This document shows, one piece after another, positions 62,784 to 64,000 of a stretch of DNA of 64,000 nucleotides. Location of the stretch: contig OY970340.1 in assembly GCA_963717465.1 (NCBI GenBank), forward strand, positions 1,280,001 to 1,344,000, read 5' to 3'. Numbering within the stretch: position 1 is the stretch's first letter; every line of letters starts with the position of its first letter. A program made the position numbers and the translations under genes. The notes under the pieces are model-generated. The model was not told where the DNA came from. It saw only the letters and a program-made list of their open reading frames with translations, and made no database searches. Source of the stretch: Candidatus Bathyarchaeota archaeon. GTDB taxonomy: Archaea > Thermoproteota > Bathyarchaeia > Bathyarchaeales > Bathycorpusculaceae.

Positions 62784-63080
62784 TTATTTGCTATTTTGAG
62801 CGTTTCTATTTAACAGTTCATATAAATCATTGTATTGTTTGAGAAAATCAATGCCTTTGGAAGTAGCTAAGTAAATATCTCTGTTGTTTTCGCTGATTTG
62901 TCTTAGCAGGTCAGCATTTATCATGAATTTCAAGTAACCGTTGAGTTGCGCAAAGCTCAAGTTCGCCTTGTACATGACTTGCGTTTTTAAAGACCCATCT
63001 TTCGCTATTTGCAACACTTCTGCAATTATGCTTATCTTATCTCTTCTTTTTGACTTTGCATCCGCCATTATAGTGTTCAC
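62784..63080 (-). CDS. Small winged-helix regulator (HTH_45-like)
   Basis: RRDKISIIAEVL..KTQVMYKANLSF..YLATSKG. Confidence 0.9.
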   Translation of the reverse strand: MNTIMADAKSKRRDKISIIAEVLQIAKDGSLKTQVMYKANLSFAQLNGYLKFMINADLLRQISENNRDIYLATSKGIDFLKQYNDLYELLNRNAQNSK

Positions 63081-63244
63081 GATGCCTTTCTCCTTCCTCT
63101 CGATTTATGTTATAGATCTATGTTATCTCTATTTAATCATGCTTCGAAAGGTAAAATATTTCAAATTCCGTAATGTTTCAGTTTAAATGCAGAATCAGGA
63201 AAAACTTTAACTGCATAAAAAAGAAAACAAAAGATGGTAAAAAC

Positions 63245-63748
63245 ATGAAAATTGGGTTAATCTCAGATACACACGACAACCTGACACAAGTTGAGAAAGC
63301 AATTAAATTCCTTAACAATACAAAAACGGAAATAGTTCTTCACGCGGGTGATTATGTCGCGCCCTTCGTAATCCCAAAATTCAAAAATCTTCAATGCAAC
63401 CTTATTGGTGTTTTTGGTAACAATGATGGAGATCACGAATTGCTTAAAAAAAGATTTAGCGAAACCAAGAACTGCACGATAAAAGACAGATTCGCTGAAA
63501 TCAACGCAGACAACTATAAAATTGGACTTTTGCATGGTGATGAAACAGAACTGCTTAACGCTCTAATTAAAAGCGAATACTTTGATGCAATAGTTCATGG
63601 ACATTCGCATTCAAAAAACATCGAACAGAAAGGAAAAACATTAGTTATAAATCCTGGAGAGGTCTGCGGTTATCTAACTGGGAAGTCTACTTTAGCAATA
63701 TTGGATACGATTAAGCGGCAAGCAGAAATCGTTGAACTGCAAGGTTAA
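63245..63748 (+). CDS. Metallophosphoesterase (YfcE/MJ0936 family)
   Basis: SDTHD, HAGD, GNND, LHG, GHSH, INPGE. Confidence 0.93.
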   Translation: MKIGLISDTHDNLTQVEKAIKFLNNTKTEIVLHAGDYVAPFVIPKFKNLQCNLIGVFGNNDGDHELLKKRFSETKNCTIKDRFAEINADNYKIGLLHGDETELLNALIKSEYFDAIVHGHSHSKNIEQKGKTLVINPGEVCGYLTGKSTLAILDTIKRQAEIVELQG

Positions 63749-63916
63749 TATCTGGCTGTTTAAAAGCGGGATTTCCTGTAGACTGTTTAATAACGAGACA
63801 GAAAATGAAAAATCCAGAGTTTGTACTGACTATTTAACTTTTGTGGGTTACAGCAGTTTTTTATTTTTTCGAATACTATGTGATATTGTTTTCGTATGCA
63901 GTGAGAGTGATAGCTT

Positions 63917-64000
63917 ATGAACAAAATTGATCTACGAAAGGAGCTCAAAAACCTCTACAATTCTACTAGTGAAGTCGAAGTTGTGGATGTACCAGCAATG
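63917..64000 (+). CDS. GyrI-like small-molecule-binding protein, partial
   Basis: MNKIDLRKELKNLY...VEVVDVPAM N-terminus. Confidence 0.65.
   Translation, partial: MNKIDLRKELKNLYNSTSEVEVVDVPAM

Overview
Archaeal chromosomal window, AT-rich. It is most consistent with Bathyarchaeia (inference from lsm-rpl37e, Rpo5, ATP-dependent ligase, PUA protein, thiolase-DUF35, multi-PAS kinase and many small winged-helix regulators). Housekeeping genes (lsm, rpl37e, sufCB/SMS, nrdR-nrdD-nrdG, rpo5, lig, moeB-like, ilvC, nadA) alternate with small accessory inserts. About 15 genes carry single-base frameshifts, including essential ones, which most likely reflects assembly indels. I saw no rRNA, complete tRNA, CRISPR array, transposase or integrase. 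Highlights: (1) an Rpo5 that, once one frameshift is repaired, carries the N-terminal domain typical of eukaryotic RPB5; (2) a ~300-nt hairpin-dense intergenic region at 58.2-58.6 kb whose element order resembles RNase P RNA but lacks its catalytic consensus; (3) a recurrent signature of duplicated gene 3' ends (lig, arsB) bracketing accessory genes, plus empty perfect 3'-end duplications; (4) bacterial-type NrdR boxes beside an archaeal TATA box; (5) unusual fusions (reductase-adenylation; YhfC protease-ABC permease) and an Hhe-like helicase with a degenerate nuclease site.
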